Virus record (IMG/VR): IMGVR_UViG_2850784384_000009
Location: 1 to 16,376 of that record
Reading direction: 5' to 3' (one strand)
Origin: a virus
Taxonomy: Duplodnaviria > Heunggongvirae > Uroviricota > Caudoviricetes
Length of the DNA: 16,376 nucleotides
Of this stretch, positions 1-9,571 are shown in pieces (the stretch's first letter is position 1; every line of letters begins with the position of its first letter). The notes under the pieces were generated by a model, which did not search any database, was not told the DNA's origin, and saw nothing but the letters and a program-made list of their open reading frames with translations. Both the position numbers and the translations under genes were made by a program.

Positions 1-819
1 ATGTGTCAGGTATTTGGTGTATCCAGGAGCGGTTATTACAACTGGGTACAGCATGAACCCTCAGACAGAAAACAAAGTGATGAGCGGCTAAAACCGGAGA
101 TTAAGGTGGCACATATCCGCACTCGCGAAACATATGGAACCCGGCGGCTCCAGACGGAGCTGGCAGAGAATGGCATCATCGTTGGTCGTGACCGACTGGC
201 ACGTCTTCGTAAGGAGCTGAGGCTACGCTGTAAGCAGAAACGCAAGTTCAGAGCGACTACGAACCCGAACCACAATCTGCCAGTTGCGCCAAATCTGCTG
301 AACCAGACGTTCGCTCCTACAGCACCAAATCAGGTCTGGGTGGCGGACCTGACGTATGTTGCCACACAGGAGGGATGGTTGTACCTCGCTGGCATCAAAG
401 ATGTTTATACGTGCGAAATTGTCGGCTACGCCATGGGAGAGCGCATGACAAAAGAGCTGACAGGTAAAGCCCTGTTTATGGCGCTCAGGAGCCAGCGCCC
501 ACCTGCCGGGCTAATCCACCACTCTGATCGAGGTTCACAGTACTGCGCATACGATTACCGGGTCATACAGGAGCAGTTTGGTCTGAAAACATCAATGTCG
601 CGTAAAGGTAACTGTTACGACAACGCTCCGATGGAAAGCTTCTGGGGAACGCTGAAAAATGAGAGCCTGAGCCACTATCGTTTTAATAACCGGGATGAAG
701 CCATCTCAGTAATACGGGAATACATTGAGATTTTCTACAATCGTCAGCGTCGTCACTCTCGTCTGGGGAATATCTCCCCGGCAGCCTTCAGGGAAAAATA
801 TCATCAGATGGCTGCTTAA
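1..819 (+). CDS. IS3-family transposase OrfB (DDE integrase-type catalytic domain), IS600 ORF2
   Basis: 272-aa ORF beginning MCQVFGVSRSGYYNW; the same protein recurs on the minus strand at 4529..5230. Normally expressed as an OrfAB fusion by -1 frameshifting. Confidence 0.9.
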   Translation: MCQVFGVSRSGYYNWVQHEPSDRKQSDERLKPEIKVAHIRTRETYGTRRLQTELAENGIIVGRDRLARLRKELRLRCKQKRKFRATTNPNHNLPVAPNLLNQTFAPTAPNQVWVADLTYVATQEGWLYLAGIKDVYTCEIVGYAMGERMTKELTGKALFMALRSQRPPAGLIHHSDRGSQYCAYDYRVIQEQFGLKTSMSRKGNCYDNAPMESFWGTLKNESLSHYRFNNRDEAISVIREYIEIFYNRQRRHSRLGNISPAAFREKYHQMAA

Positions 820-861
820 AAAAGAACAAATGGTAGTGTCCGCTATTGCCAGTACACCTCA
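1..861 (+). mobile_element. IS600 (IS3 family) partial copy A: OrfB through the right inverted repeat; OrfA and left end lie upstream of the window
   Basis: OrfB protein matches the IS600 ORF2 sequence as I recall it. The element end ...gccagtacacctca at 861 is the inverse complement of the left-end motif tgaggt... seen at 15912 and at 5632 (minus). The window starts at the OrfB ATG. Confidence 0.8.
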
Positions 862-945
862 ACTTGTGAAGGAAATGGTACTCAGGGGGATTCCAGTACA
901 GGTGGTGCGCAATTAGCTATAAATGGCCTTAACGGTTCGTGCGCT

Positions 946-1569
946 TTGGTATTAAACAACCCATACTTTGAGGCTAATGCCGGGGGGGCAGACCTTGCTA
1001 TAGATAATACTGGGACGCGCCCTGTAACTGTGGTTATAAACGGTGGAAATTTTCATCGCGTGAGCAGTGCAAGATACACGCACACGAATATTCAAGTAAC
1101 AAGCTCAGGTGGGGGAAAAGTTACAGTCATACTCAACGGCACAACGTTCCAGAGCGCAGGGGATTATCAGCCAAGTGCAGAACGACCATACTGGATAACA
1201 GGAGCTAATTGCGAGGTAGTTGACATTGGGTGTGTTTTTACAGAAACAACCAGTAAGGTAACATCGGCTTCTGCATTGTCAGTCACACGCTCGGGAAAAA
1301 TTAACGCCAATGGTAGTATCGACGTTGCTACTGGTGTTTCATCGGTTAACGTGGTTTCTACAGGTGTGTATGATGTTAGCTTTTCTCATCCGCTCGCAGC
1401 AGTTGCTAGCGGTTATATTGTGCAGATAACACCTATATCTGCGCCTGATTCAGTTAGTTGTGATGTTACTTATATTGGCGTAGATACATTTAGGGTGACC
1501 CTGCGCAATACGCTTAGCGGGGCAGGAATCTCCAGTTCGTTTGCATTTAGCATTACCAGACTAATATAA
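946..1569 (+). CDS. 5'-truncated gene fragment of unknown function; possibly the C-terminal receptor-binding part of a tailspike or tail fibre
   Basis: ORF starts at a TTG, but the frame is open with no stop and no start codon back to the IS600 end at 862, so the native 5' part was removed by the IS. It occupies the tailspike position of Sf6/P22 gene order (tailspike, O-antigen modification gene, attP, int). The protein is Gly/Ser/Thr/Val-rich, which fits a beta-rich fold; no motif recognised. Confidence 0.35.
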   Translation: MVLNNPYFEANAGGADLAIDNTGTRPVTVVINGGNFHRVSSARYTHTNIQVTSSGGGKVTVILNGTTFQSAGDYQPSAERPYWITGANCEVVDIGCVFTETTSKVTSASALSVTRSGKINANGSIDVATGVSSVNVVSTGVYDVSFSHPLAAVASGYIVQITPISAPDSVSCDVTYIGVDTFRVTLRNTLSGAGISSSFAFSITRLI

Positions 1570-1577
1570 ATACATTC

Positions 1578-1609
1578 GCCGCCCCATTTGGACATATATG
1601 TAGGGCGGC
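1578..1609. terminator. Putative bidirectional stem-loop terminator between convergent genes
   Basis: gccgccc (1578..1584) and gggcggc (1603..1609) are perfect inverse complements. The 18-nt loop contains the palindrome acatatatgt. T-rich sequence follows on the plus strand. The long loop makes this uncertain. Confidence 0.3.
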
Positions 1610-1622
1610 TTATGTTTATTGT

Positions 1623-2795
1623 TTATTGATTGTTGTTTGTTAATGTGGGTATTAATTCTTTTACTAAAGTTGTGGTTTGTTTTGTTAATTTGATGAATGG
1701 CGTCTCTATTAATTTAAAAGTTAGGCATGATGTGAACGTAATAAGAAATGCAGTTGTGCTTACCAGTATGATAAATGTATTTTCAGTGTAATTATTAGGA
1801 ATAATCCACGTCATTAGGCAATAAAGGAATATCCCATGCAGAAGGTAAACGCTGTAGGTAGTTTCTCCTAGCTTTCTGGTTATATTTAATCTTAATATTC
1901 CATACAAATCACAACCTGATGCGATAATGATAAATGTTATTCCACAAAGAATCAGTGGTAGCGGTGCGTAAGTTGTTTTGAAATACGTCATTTCAAAAAC
2001 CATTATCGCAGTTATTATAATTGGTGTTACTTTTGCTTTGGCAATTCCATTGACTATCTTTGATTTATTTAGCAAAAATGCCAGGAGCCCAAAAAGAAAT
2101 GATGCTATGTGTATTTTACTGAAAAATAAAATGAAAACAAATAGCGATATTGCGCTAATCATAACCATGTAAATACTGACTTTTCTTTTTATGAGCGCGG
2201 AAATTACCGGAAGAGAAAAATAAAAGAACCATTCATATACAAGTGTCCATGTTACAGCGGCATTGATAGTAAATGAATCTTTTACGTCATTAATGTTCGG
2301 CATACCTAGCGCAGTGAATGGCAACCACTTCATTATTGACACAAAAAGCTCTTCTGTGGATACCTGCATTCTCCATCCAGACTTAAAACCTACAATGATA
2401 AAAATGAGACATAGGCTAACTATGAACATTGGGGTTAATCGTAGTAATCTTGATACATAAAGCCTTGTCCAGTCCTGATCTCCAGAGATAATCTTTGAAA
2501 AGAACAGATAACCAGTAATCATAAAAAAGAATGACACACCAACTTGGCCTAAATTTGCTAACAGATTTGATGAAGGTGCTTCCCATACTCCAGATGACAA
2601 GTATCCATTCCAAATTGCTGCGTGATGAATAAGCACGAAAATTGCTAAGAACCCCCGCATTCCATCTATTTGATTATTCCTGCCGTGCTCAACAAGATTT
2701 ATTGGGGAAATTTTATCAAATAACCCCACAGCTAATAACGACATCAATATCACGGATGTTATTAATAATAAACTGTTAATTTCAATCATATGCAT
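1623..2795 (-). CDS. Acyltransferase family 3 integral membrane protein; putative O-antigen O-acetyltransferase (Oac/OafA-like serotype-conversion protein)
   Basis: 390-aa ORF, strongly hydrophobic throughout (multiple predicted TM segments). N-terminal DGMRGFLAIFVLIHHA resembles the acyltransferase-3 signature (conserved R...H). Markedly AT-rich compared with neighbouring phage genes. Sits immediately next to the att core, as oac does in Sf6 and gtr does in P22. Confidence 0.75.
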   Translation of the reverse strand: MHMIEINSLLLITSVILMSLLAVGLFDKISPINLVEHGRNNQIDGMRGFLAIFVLIHHAAIWNGYLSSGVWEAPSSNLLANLGQVGVSFFFMITGYLFFSKIISGDQDWTRLYVSRLLRLTPMFIVSLCLIFIIVGFKSGWRMQVSTEELFVSIMKWLPFTALGMPNINDVKDSFTINAAVTWTLVYEWFFYFSLPVISALIKRKVSIYMVMISAISLFVFILFFSKIHIASFLFGLLAFLLNKSKIVNGIAKAKVTPIIITAIMVFEMTYFKTTYAPLPLILCGITFIIIASGCDLYGILRLNITRKLGETTYSVYLLHGIFLYCLMTWIIPNNYTENTFIILVSTTAFLITFTSCLTFKLIETPFIKLTKQTTTLVKELIPTLTNNNQ

Positions 2796-3083
2796 GCTCT
2801 ATTACGCAATTAAAATTTCTCCAAGTATACTGACTTTTAGTTAATGATCATATAGTTATGTGTAACTGATGAAACAAAACGGAGACACACCAAGCTTTGC
2901 ACTGGATTGCAAGGCTTTGTGCTCTTCTGTGAATGTGTGGCTATATGTTTGAAGATCGTTGTGCCGTATTTGTGACATATATATGGCAACATCATGCATC
3001 AACTTTCTGTTTGTGTCATCAACTATAGCTTAGTGAATGCGGTTAATGCTTGCTAAAACAGATAGTTATGATTGGTGCTACAG

Positions 3084-3129
3084 ATTCGTAATGCGAAGGT
3101 CGTAGGTTCGACTGCTATTATCGGCACCA
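3084..3129 (+). other. Phage attachment core: 3' 46 nt of a tRNA-Thr gene (thrW-type), attP-like
   Basis: attcgtaatgcgaaggtcgtaggttcgact(g)ctattatcggcacca matches the anticodon-loop-to-CCA end of tRNA-Thr(CGU) as recalled. Upstream sequence is not the tRNA 5' half, so no complete tRNA is present. One apparent T-stem mismatch relative to my recollection of thrW. Confidence 0.75.
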
Positions 3130-3143
3130 TTTAAATCAATAAG

Positions 3144-3592
3144 TTACACATCATTAGTACCTTCCTTATTTCTTGACTGGGACAAATTTGGGACCGATGG
3201 GTTCAGAATCAAGTCTATTTGCCGTGCGTGTTCGGTAAGGTGATTAGGTGCGAGGTGAGCATATCGACGAACCATTTCGATAGACTCCCAGCCTCCCATT
3301 TCCTGTAACACTGATAACGGGACTCCGGCTTGAACCAGCCAACTTGCCCAGGTGTGTCTCAAGTCGTGAAATCTGAAATCATCAATACCAGCCCGTCTCA
3401 GCGCCGCTTTCCAGGCTGTGTTTGCGTCATACCGCATCTTCCTTACTGTTGGCGCTTTCGTTCCGTCTGGTTTGGTACAGCTTTCCTTGTACACAAATAC
3501 CCAACGGTGATGATTTCCGATTTGTTTTTTCAATACGCGACATGCAGTATCATTCAGCGCAACGCCAATTGCGCGGTTTGATTTACTCTCTT
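3144..3592 (-). pseudogene. int: Tyrosine integrase, C-terminal catalytic fragment (P22-type Int), separated from its N-terminal part by IS600
   Basis: Contains [15 protein letters not shown] and VRRYAHL (the H-x-x-R and Y of the catalytic tetrad). The first 5 codons of the track ORF 3144..3608 come from the IS600 end. Reads on directly from the N-terminal fragment at 5633..6350. Confidence 0.85.
3590..3592. repeat. 3-bp target-site duplication (ctt) of IS600 copy B, left copy; right copy at 5633..5635
   Basis: ctt immediately flanks both ends of the element (3590..3592 and 5633..5635). Confidence 0.8.
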
Positions 3593-3775
3593 TGAGGTGT
3601 ACTGGCAATAGCGGACACTACCATTTGTTCTTTTTTAAGCAGCCATCTGATGATATTTTTCCCTGAAGGCTGCCGGGGAGATATTCCCCAGACGAGAGTG
3701 ACGACGCTGACGATTGTAGAAAATCTCAATGTATTCCCGTATTACTGAGATGGCTTCATCGGTAATGACTCCAAC

Positions 3776-4279
3776 TTACTGATAGTGTTTTATGTTCAGA
3801 TAATGCCCGATGACCTTGTCATGCAGCTCCACCGATTTTGAGAACGACAGTGACTTCCGTCCCAGCCTTGCCAGATGTTGTCTCAGATTCAGATTATGTC
3901 GCTCAATGCGCTGAGTGTAACGCTTGCTGATAACGTGCAGCTTTCCCTTCAGGCGTGATTCATACAGCGGTCAGCCATCCGTCATCCATACCACGACCTC
4001 AAAGGCCGACAGCAGGCTCAGAAGACGCTCCAGTGTGGCCAGAGTGCGTTCCCCGAAGACGTGCGCCACAACCGTCCTCCGTATCCTGTCATACGCGTAA
4101 AACAGCCAGCGCTGACGTGATTTAGCACCGACGTAGCCCCAATGTTCGTCCATTTCAGCGCAGACAATCACATCACTGCCCGGTTGTATGCGCGAGGTTA
4201 CCGACTGCGGCCTGAGTTTTTTAAGTGACGTAAAACCGTGTTGAGGCCAACGCCCATAATGCGTGCGCTGGCGCGACAT
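3776..4279 (-). pseudogene. insB: IS1 insB reading frame interrupted by an in-frame TGA
   Basis: Frame reads ...VVVWMTDG then TGA (minus-strand codon at 3971..3973) where canonical InsB has Trp (TGG). The frame then continues [27 protein letters not shown]... to the normal end. Confidence 0.75.
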
Positions 4280-4473
4280 CCGACGCCATTCATGGCCATA
4301 TCAATGATTTTCTGGTGCGTACCGGGCTGAGAGGCGGTGTAAGTGAACTGTAGTTGCCATGTTTTACGGCAATGAGAGCAGAGATAGCGCTGATGTCCGG
4401 CAGTGCTTTTGCCGTTACGCACCACGCCTTCAGTAGCGGAGCAGGAAGGACATCTGATGGAAATGGAAGCCAC
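4198..4473 (-). CDS. insA: IS1 InsA (transposition inhibitor / N-terminal part of InsAB')
   Basis: 91-aa [46 protein letters not shown]..., close to canonical InsA with a few substitutions. Confidence 0.9.
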   Translation of the reverse strand: MASISIRCPSCSATEGVVRNGKSTAGHQRYLCSHCRKTWQLQFTYTASQPGTHQKIIDMAMNGVGCRASARIMGVGLNTVLRHLKNSGRSR

Positions 4474-4528
4474 GCAAGCACCTTAAAATCACCATCATAC
4501 ACTAAATCAGTAAGTTGGCAGCATTACC

Positions 4529-5230
4529 GGCTTCATCCCGGTTATTAAAACGATAGTGGCTCAGGCTCTCATTTTTCAGCGTTCCCCAGAAGCTTTCCAT
4601 CGGAGCGTTGTCGTAACAGTTACCTTTACGCGACATTGATGTTTTCAGACCAAACTGCTCCTGTATGACCCGGTAATCGTATGCGCAGTACTGTGAACCT
4701 CGATCAGAGTGGTGGATTAGCCCGGCAGGTGGGCGCTGGCTCCTGAGCGCCATAAACAGGGCTTTACCTGTCAGCTCTTTTGTCATGCGCTCTCCCATGG
4801 CGTAGCCGACAATTTCACACGTATAAACATCTTTGATGCCAGCGAGGTACAACCATCCCTCCTGTGTGGCAACATACGTCAGGTCCGCCACCCAGACCTG
4901 ATTTGGTGCTGTAGGAGCGAACGTCTGGTTCAGCAGATTTGGCGCAACTGGCAGATTGTGGTTCGGGTTCGTAGTCGCTCTGAACTTGCGTTTCTGCTTA
5001 CAGCGTAGCCTTAGCTCCTTACGAAGACGTGCCAGTCGGTCACGACCAACGATGATGCCATTCTCTGCCAGCTCCGTCTGGAGCCGCCGGGTTCCATATG
5101 TTTCGCGAGTGCGGATATGTGCCACCTTAATCTCCAGTTTTAGTCGCTCATCACTTTGTTTTCTGTCTGAGGGTTCATGCTGTACCCAGTTGTAATAACC
5201 GCTCCTGGATACACCAAATACCTGACACAT
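4529..5230 (-). pseudogene. IS600 OrfB transposase, 5' part, disrupted by the IS1 insertion (3' remainder at about 3635..3760)
   Basis: Identical to the plus-strand OrfB up to ...FNNRDEA, then the sequence runs into the IS1 end. The last residues of the track ORF 4502..5230 are IS1-derived. Confidence 0.85.
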
Positions 5231-5265
5231 CGCTTCAATGGGAAATTGTTGTCGCCATTGTTCGA

Positions 5266-5568
5266 TTAACGCGTATTTTTCAGCGACTCCTGTGCAAAAT
5301 ACGCTGTTGCTTTTTTTAATATATCTCGCTCAAGGCGAGCTTCATTTAACGCCTTACGCAGTTGCAGAATTTCAGATTCCAGTTCAGCCACCGTGCGGGA
5401 ACCAGGAGTACCGAGCCCTTTTCTGGCGGCGGTAACCCATTGTCCTAAAGTGCCTTCAGGAAGGAATAATCGGGAAGCGTCTTCACTGATCGAAAGTTGA
5501 TTTTCAAGAACCGTTCTGACAGCTTCGGCTTTGAACTCTTTAGAGTAACGTCGGGTTTTTCTGCTCAT
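5266..5568 (-). CDS. IS600 OrfA (helix-turn-helix / leucine-zipper transposase N-terminal protein)
   Basis: 100-aa ORF MSRKTRRYSKEFKAEAVRTVLENQLSISE..., matching IS600 ORF1 as recalled. Confidence 0.9.
   Translation of the reverse strand: MSRKTRRYSKEFKAEAVRTVLENQLSISEDASRLFLPEGTLGQWVTAARKGLGTPGSRTVAELESEILQLRKALNEARLERDILKKATAYFAQESLKNTR
5311..5317 (-). promoter_or_regulatory. Probable programmed -1 ribosomal frameshift slippery site (A7) for the IS600 OrfAB fusion
   Basis: ttttttt on the plus strand is A AAA AAA on the coding strand, near the 3' end of OrfA where the OrfB frame overlaps. This is the standard IS3-family arrangement. Confidence 0.5.
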
Positions 5569-5632
5569 TATTAGCTCCTTCTGATGCCATTCTATTTCAG
5601 GAAGGAGTGTCCGTTAAACTCAGGCTACCTCA

Positions 5633-6350
5633 CTTCCGGGTTTATCCATGCCACCCGGCGCTGCATATCTATTTGTTGCCATTCAAGGTTGATGATGTTC
5701 GAGCGTCTTAAGCCTGTTGCCAGTGCAAATTCAACAACAGACTTTAATGGCTCCGGACATTCATCAATCAGCCTTTGTGCTTCATGGGGCTCCAGCCAGC
5801 GGATCCGTTTATTCTTTGGTTGAGGCACTTTAATAATTGGTGCCTTATCCAGCATTTTCCATTCACGCTCTGCGGCTCTTAGTAGGGCCTTTATAAATGA
5901 AAGATGCGTAGCCTTCGTTGCAACGGACGCTGGTTTTGGCGTGTATTCTGGAACAGGTTTCCCTTTTTTTCTGCATGATTCTGCCCTGAGTTTCCAGTTT
6001 TCCTCATGACGCCGGTTCGTCATTTTCTGCATTGCTGAATAAATTTTTGATTCAGTAATGTCTCTTAGTTGTATTCCTGCGAAATGTTGAAGCCAGAATC
6101 CGATCCGGCTTTTGTCATCGTCCAGTGATTTTTTATGTGCTTTCTCTTCAAGCCACCTGACACACGCTTCCTCGAACGTTATATCAGGTATTTCACCAAG
6201 TTTGCTGACCCGCCATGCTTCAGCCTTTAGCTTGTCATGGAGTTCTGTCGCCTGCCTTTTGTCCTTTGTTCCAAGAGACTGTTTAAATCTTTTACCGTTC
6301 GGCAATGTGAAACTGGCGTACCATATTTCACCTCTGCGGAAGAGTGACAT
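5633..6350 (-). pseudogene. int: Tyrosine integrase, N-terminal fragment (P22-type Int), interrupted by IS600
   Basis: [46 protein letters not shown]... matches the P22 Int N-terminus as recalled. Contains TGLRRSNI (the first catalytic Arg). The last 3 codons of the track ORF plus the stop are IS-derived. Confidence 0.85.
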
Positions 6351-6428
6351 TTTCTTTCCTCTGTTATGCCATCACCCGCGCTCACCTGGACAGTATGCAG
6401 CGGAGACTGAAGAGCCGCAATGAAGTGG

Positions 6429-7597
<1,169 letters not shown>

Positions 7598-7669
7598 TGG
7601 AGCACCTGTGTTGTTCTGAGGTGAGCATATCACCTCTGTTCAGGTGGCCAAATTCAGTGTGCCACTTCA

Positions 7670-8824
7670 TGGATGCCTGTTGAGCAGGAAGCGCCAACCC
7701 AGACTGGCTGGGATTTAACTGGCAACGCAACCGGGATTCTGGAACTCTCCGTGAAGTGCAACATGGGCGATCCGGATAACGATTTCTTCGAGCTTCGTGC
7801 AGATGACCTGCGTGATGAGCGTTCTTACCGTCGCCGCATCCAGGCATCCGCCAAAAAACTGGCGAATAACATTGAGTCAGCGATTGCCAAACAGGCAACT
7901 GAAATGGGCTCGCTTGTTGTTCACGATACCCGCGCAATTGGTCCATCGACTGGCCTGCCTGGCTGGGATTTTGTGTCTGATGCAGAGCGACTGATGTTCT
8001 CCCGTGAGCTAAACCGCGACATGGGCATCAGTTACTTCCTGAACCCTGACGATTACCGCAAAGCAGGCCGCAACCTGGTAGATGGTGACATCTTCGGGCG
8101 CGTTCCTGAAGAAGCATATCGAAACGGTACTATTCAGCGTCAGATTGCTGGCTTTGATGAAATTCTTCGCTCACCGAAACTTCCGGCAGTTACCAAGTCA
8201 ACCGCGACTGGTGTAACTGTTTCTGGTGCGCAGAAGTTTAAGCCGCAGGCATACACCCTTGATACCGATGGTAACAAAGAGAACGTCGACAACCGTGTTG
8301 CAACGGTGACCGTATCCTCCACCACCGGATTTAAGCGCGGCGACAAAATCAGCTTCATTGGTGTGAAGTTCCTGTCTCAGATGGCGAAGAATGTGCTGAC
8401 TGATGACGCGACTTTCTCAATCACCCGTGTGATCGATGGTACTCACATCGAAATCACGCCGAAGCCGATTGCGCTGGATGACGCGTCACTGACAAAAGAA
8501 GAGAAGGCTTACGCTAACGTAAACACCTCTCTTGCTGATACCACTCCGGTAAACGTTCTGAACGTGGCAACAACCACCGCTAACGTGTTCTGGGCTGATG
8601 ACTCAATCCGCCTGCTGTCTCAGCCGATCCCGGTAACCCATGAACTGTTTGCTGGCATGAAAACGTCTTCCTTCAGCATTCCAGGTATTGGTGTTAACGG
8701 CATCTTCGCAACGCAGGGTGATATCAACACTCTGTCTGGTAAGTGCCGTATTGCTGTGTGGTATTCAGCATGTGCTGTACGACCAGAGGCAATTGGTGTT
8801 GGTCTGCCTAACCAGACCGCGTGA
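7670..8824 (+). pseudogene. P22-type major capsid (coat) protein gene, 5'-truncated at the IS911 boundary
   Basis: Reading frame from 7670 gives [18 protein letters not shown]... ending GVGLPNQTA, which aligns with P22 gp5 from about residue 46 to its C-terminus as recalled. No native start or ribosome-binding site; IS911 directly abuts. Confidence 0.85.
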
Positions 8825-8868
8825 TAACCAGAGGGAGCTTCGGCTCCCGTTTTTATCTGGAGACAAGC

Positions 8869-9093
8869 ATGACACACATGATCTTTCGTCATGGCGACAT
8901 GAAGAAGTGGAAAGGCGTTGGCTACGACTTTGAAATCGTGAAAGCCGAAGAGCTTCAGGAATATCTGGATGCTGGCTGGTTTTCACATCCTGATGACCTT
9001 TTGAAGGATGTTGCAGAGCCAGAAGAAAAACAGTGTAAAAAGCCTGGTCGAAAACCTAAGGCGGCAGCAGATGAACCTGACAACGAAGGGTGA
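8869..9093 (+). CDS. Small hypothetical protein between the coat and gp4-like genes
   Basis: ATG at 8869 preceded by ggaga. 74 aa with an acidic, Lys/Pro-rich C-terminus. Overlaps the gp4-like start by 23 bp. The track ORF start at 8821 overlaps the coat stop and is unlikely. Confidence 0.4.
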   Translation: MTHMIFRHGDMKKWKGVGYDFEIVKAEELQEYLDAGWFSHPDDLLKDVAEPEEKQCKKPGRKPKAAADEPDNEG

Positions 9094-9571
9094 TTTAGTT
9101 CTTGCGGCATTACGTAAGCTCGGTGTTGCATCAAATGCCACGTTAACCGATGTCGAACCGCAGTCTATGGAAGACGGCGTCAACGACCTTGAAATGATGA
9201 TGGCTGAATGGCTTGGCGGTGATGCGTCACCTGGTATCAACGTTGGCTACATTTTTGCTGATGCAGATGTTGCTCCGGATCCGGGCGATGAGCACGGTTT
9301 ATCAAATAACGCTATCAATGCCGTCATTTTCAACCTTGCCTGCCGAATTGCTCCAGATTATGCGCTGGAAGCGTCTGCAAAACTTATAACCACTGCCAGA
9401 TACGGGAAAGAGCGACTCGTCAAACTGTCTGCAATGGACAGGGCAAAAGCAGCTAAATGTAAGTCCGGTTATCCAAACCGTATGCCTGTTGGTAGTGGTA
9501 ACCAGTTGGCGAAGTGGAATGGTTGGAATTACTTCCACCGAAAGGAACCTTGCGATAACGGGAGCGAATAA
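9071..9571 (+). CDS. P22 gp4-like head completion / portal-closure protein
   Basis: From the internal Met: [33 protein letters not shown]... is 166 aa and resembles P22 gp4 as recalled. The upstream 21 codons of the track ORF are probably not translated. Confidence 0.75.
   Translation: MNLTTKGDLVLAALRKLGVASNATLTDVEPQSMEDGVNDLEMMMAEWLGGDASPGINVGYIFADADVAPDPGDEHGLSNNAINAVIFNLACRIAPDYALEASAKLITTARYGKERLVKLSAMDRAKAAKCKSGYPNRMPVGSGNQLAKWNGWNYFHRKEPCDNGSE

Larger units (their letters stand above)
3761..4528 (-). mobile_element. IS1 (768 bp, sequence variant) inserted into IS600 OrfB
   Basis: Terminal repeats ggtaatgactccaacttactgat (3761..) and the inverse complement of ggtaatgctgccaacttactgat (..4528). 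Flanked by a perfect 9-bp duplication ggcttcatc (3752..3760 and 4529..4537). Confidence 0.9.
3593..5632 (-). mobile_element. IS600 (IS3 family) copy B, complete ends, carrying a nested IS1; inserted in the integrase gene
   Basis: Ends tgaggtgtactgg (3593..) and ...ggctacctca (..5632). Length 2040 bp minus 777 bp (IS1 plus its duplication) gives 1263 bp, matching IS600 size. Flanked by 3-bp direct repeats ctt. Confidence 0.85.

Noticed and set aside
725-916. 63-aa plus-strand ORF spanning the IS600 right end
   Set aside because: It crosses the IS boundary in a frame different from both OrfB and the downstream gene fragment. Likely spurious.
3050-3130. A complete tRNA-Thr gene
   Set aside because: Only the 3' 46 nt (anticodon loop to CCA) match a tRNA. 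The upstream sequence does not form the acceptor/D-arm half and the T-stem appears to carry a mismatch. Treated as an att core.
7673-8824. ATG at 7673 as the genuine coat start
   Set aside because: The Met aligns with an internal residue (about 47) of the P22 coat protein, and the preceding Trp codon is also present before the IS911 end. No ribosome-binding site. The gene is 5'-truncated.
9008-9070. Upstream 21-codon extension of the gp4-like ORF
   Set aside because: Homology to P22 gp4 begins at the internal Met at 9071, giving the expected 166 aa. The extension overlaps the preceding small ORF.
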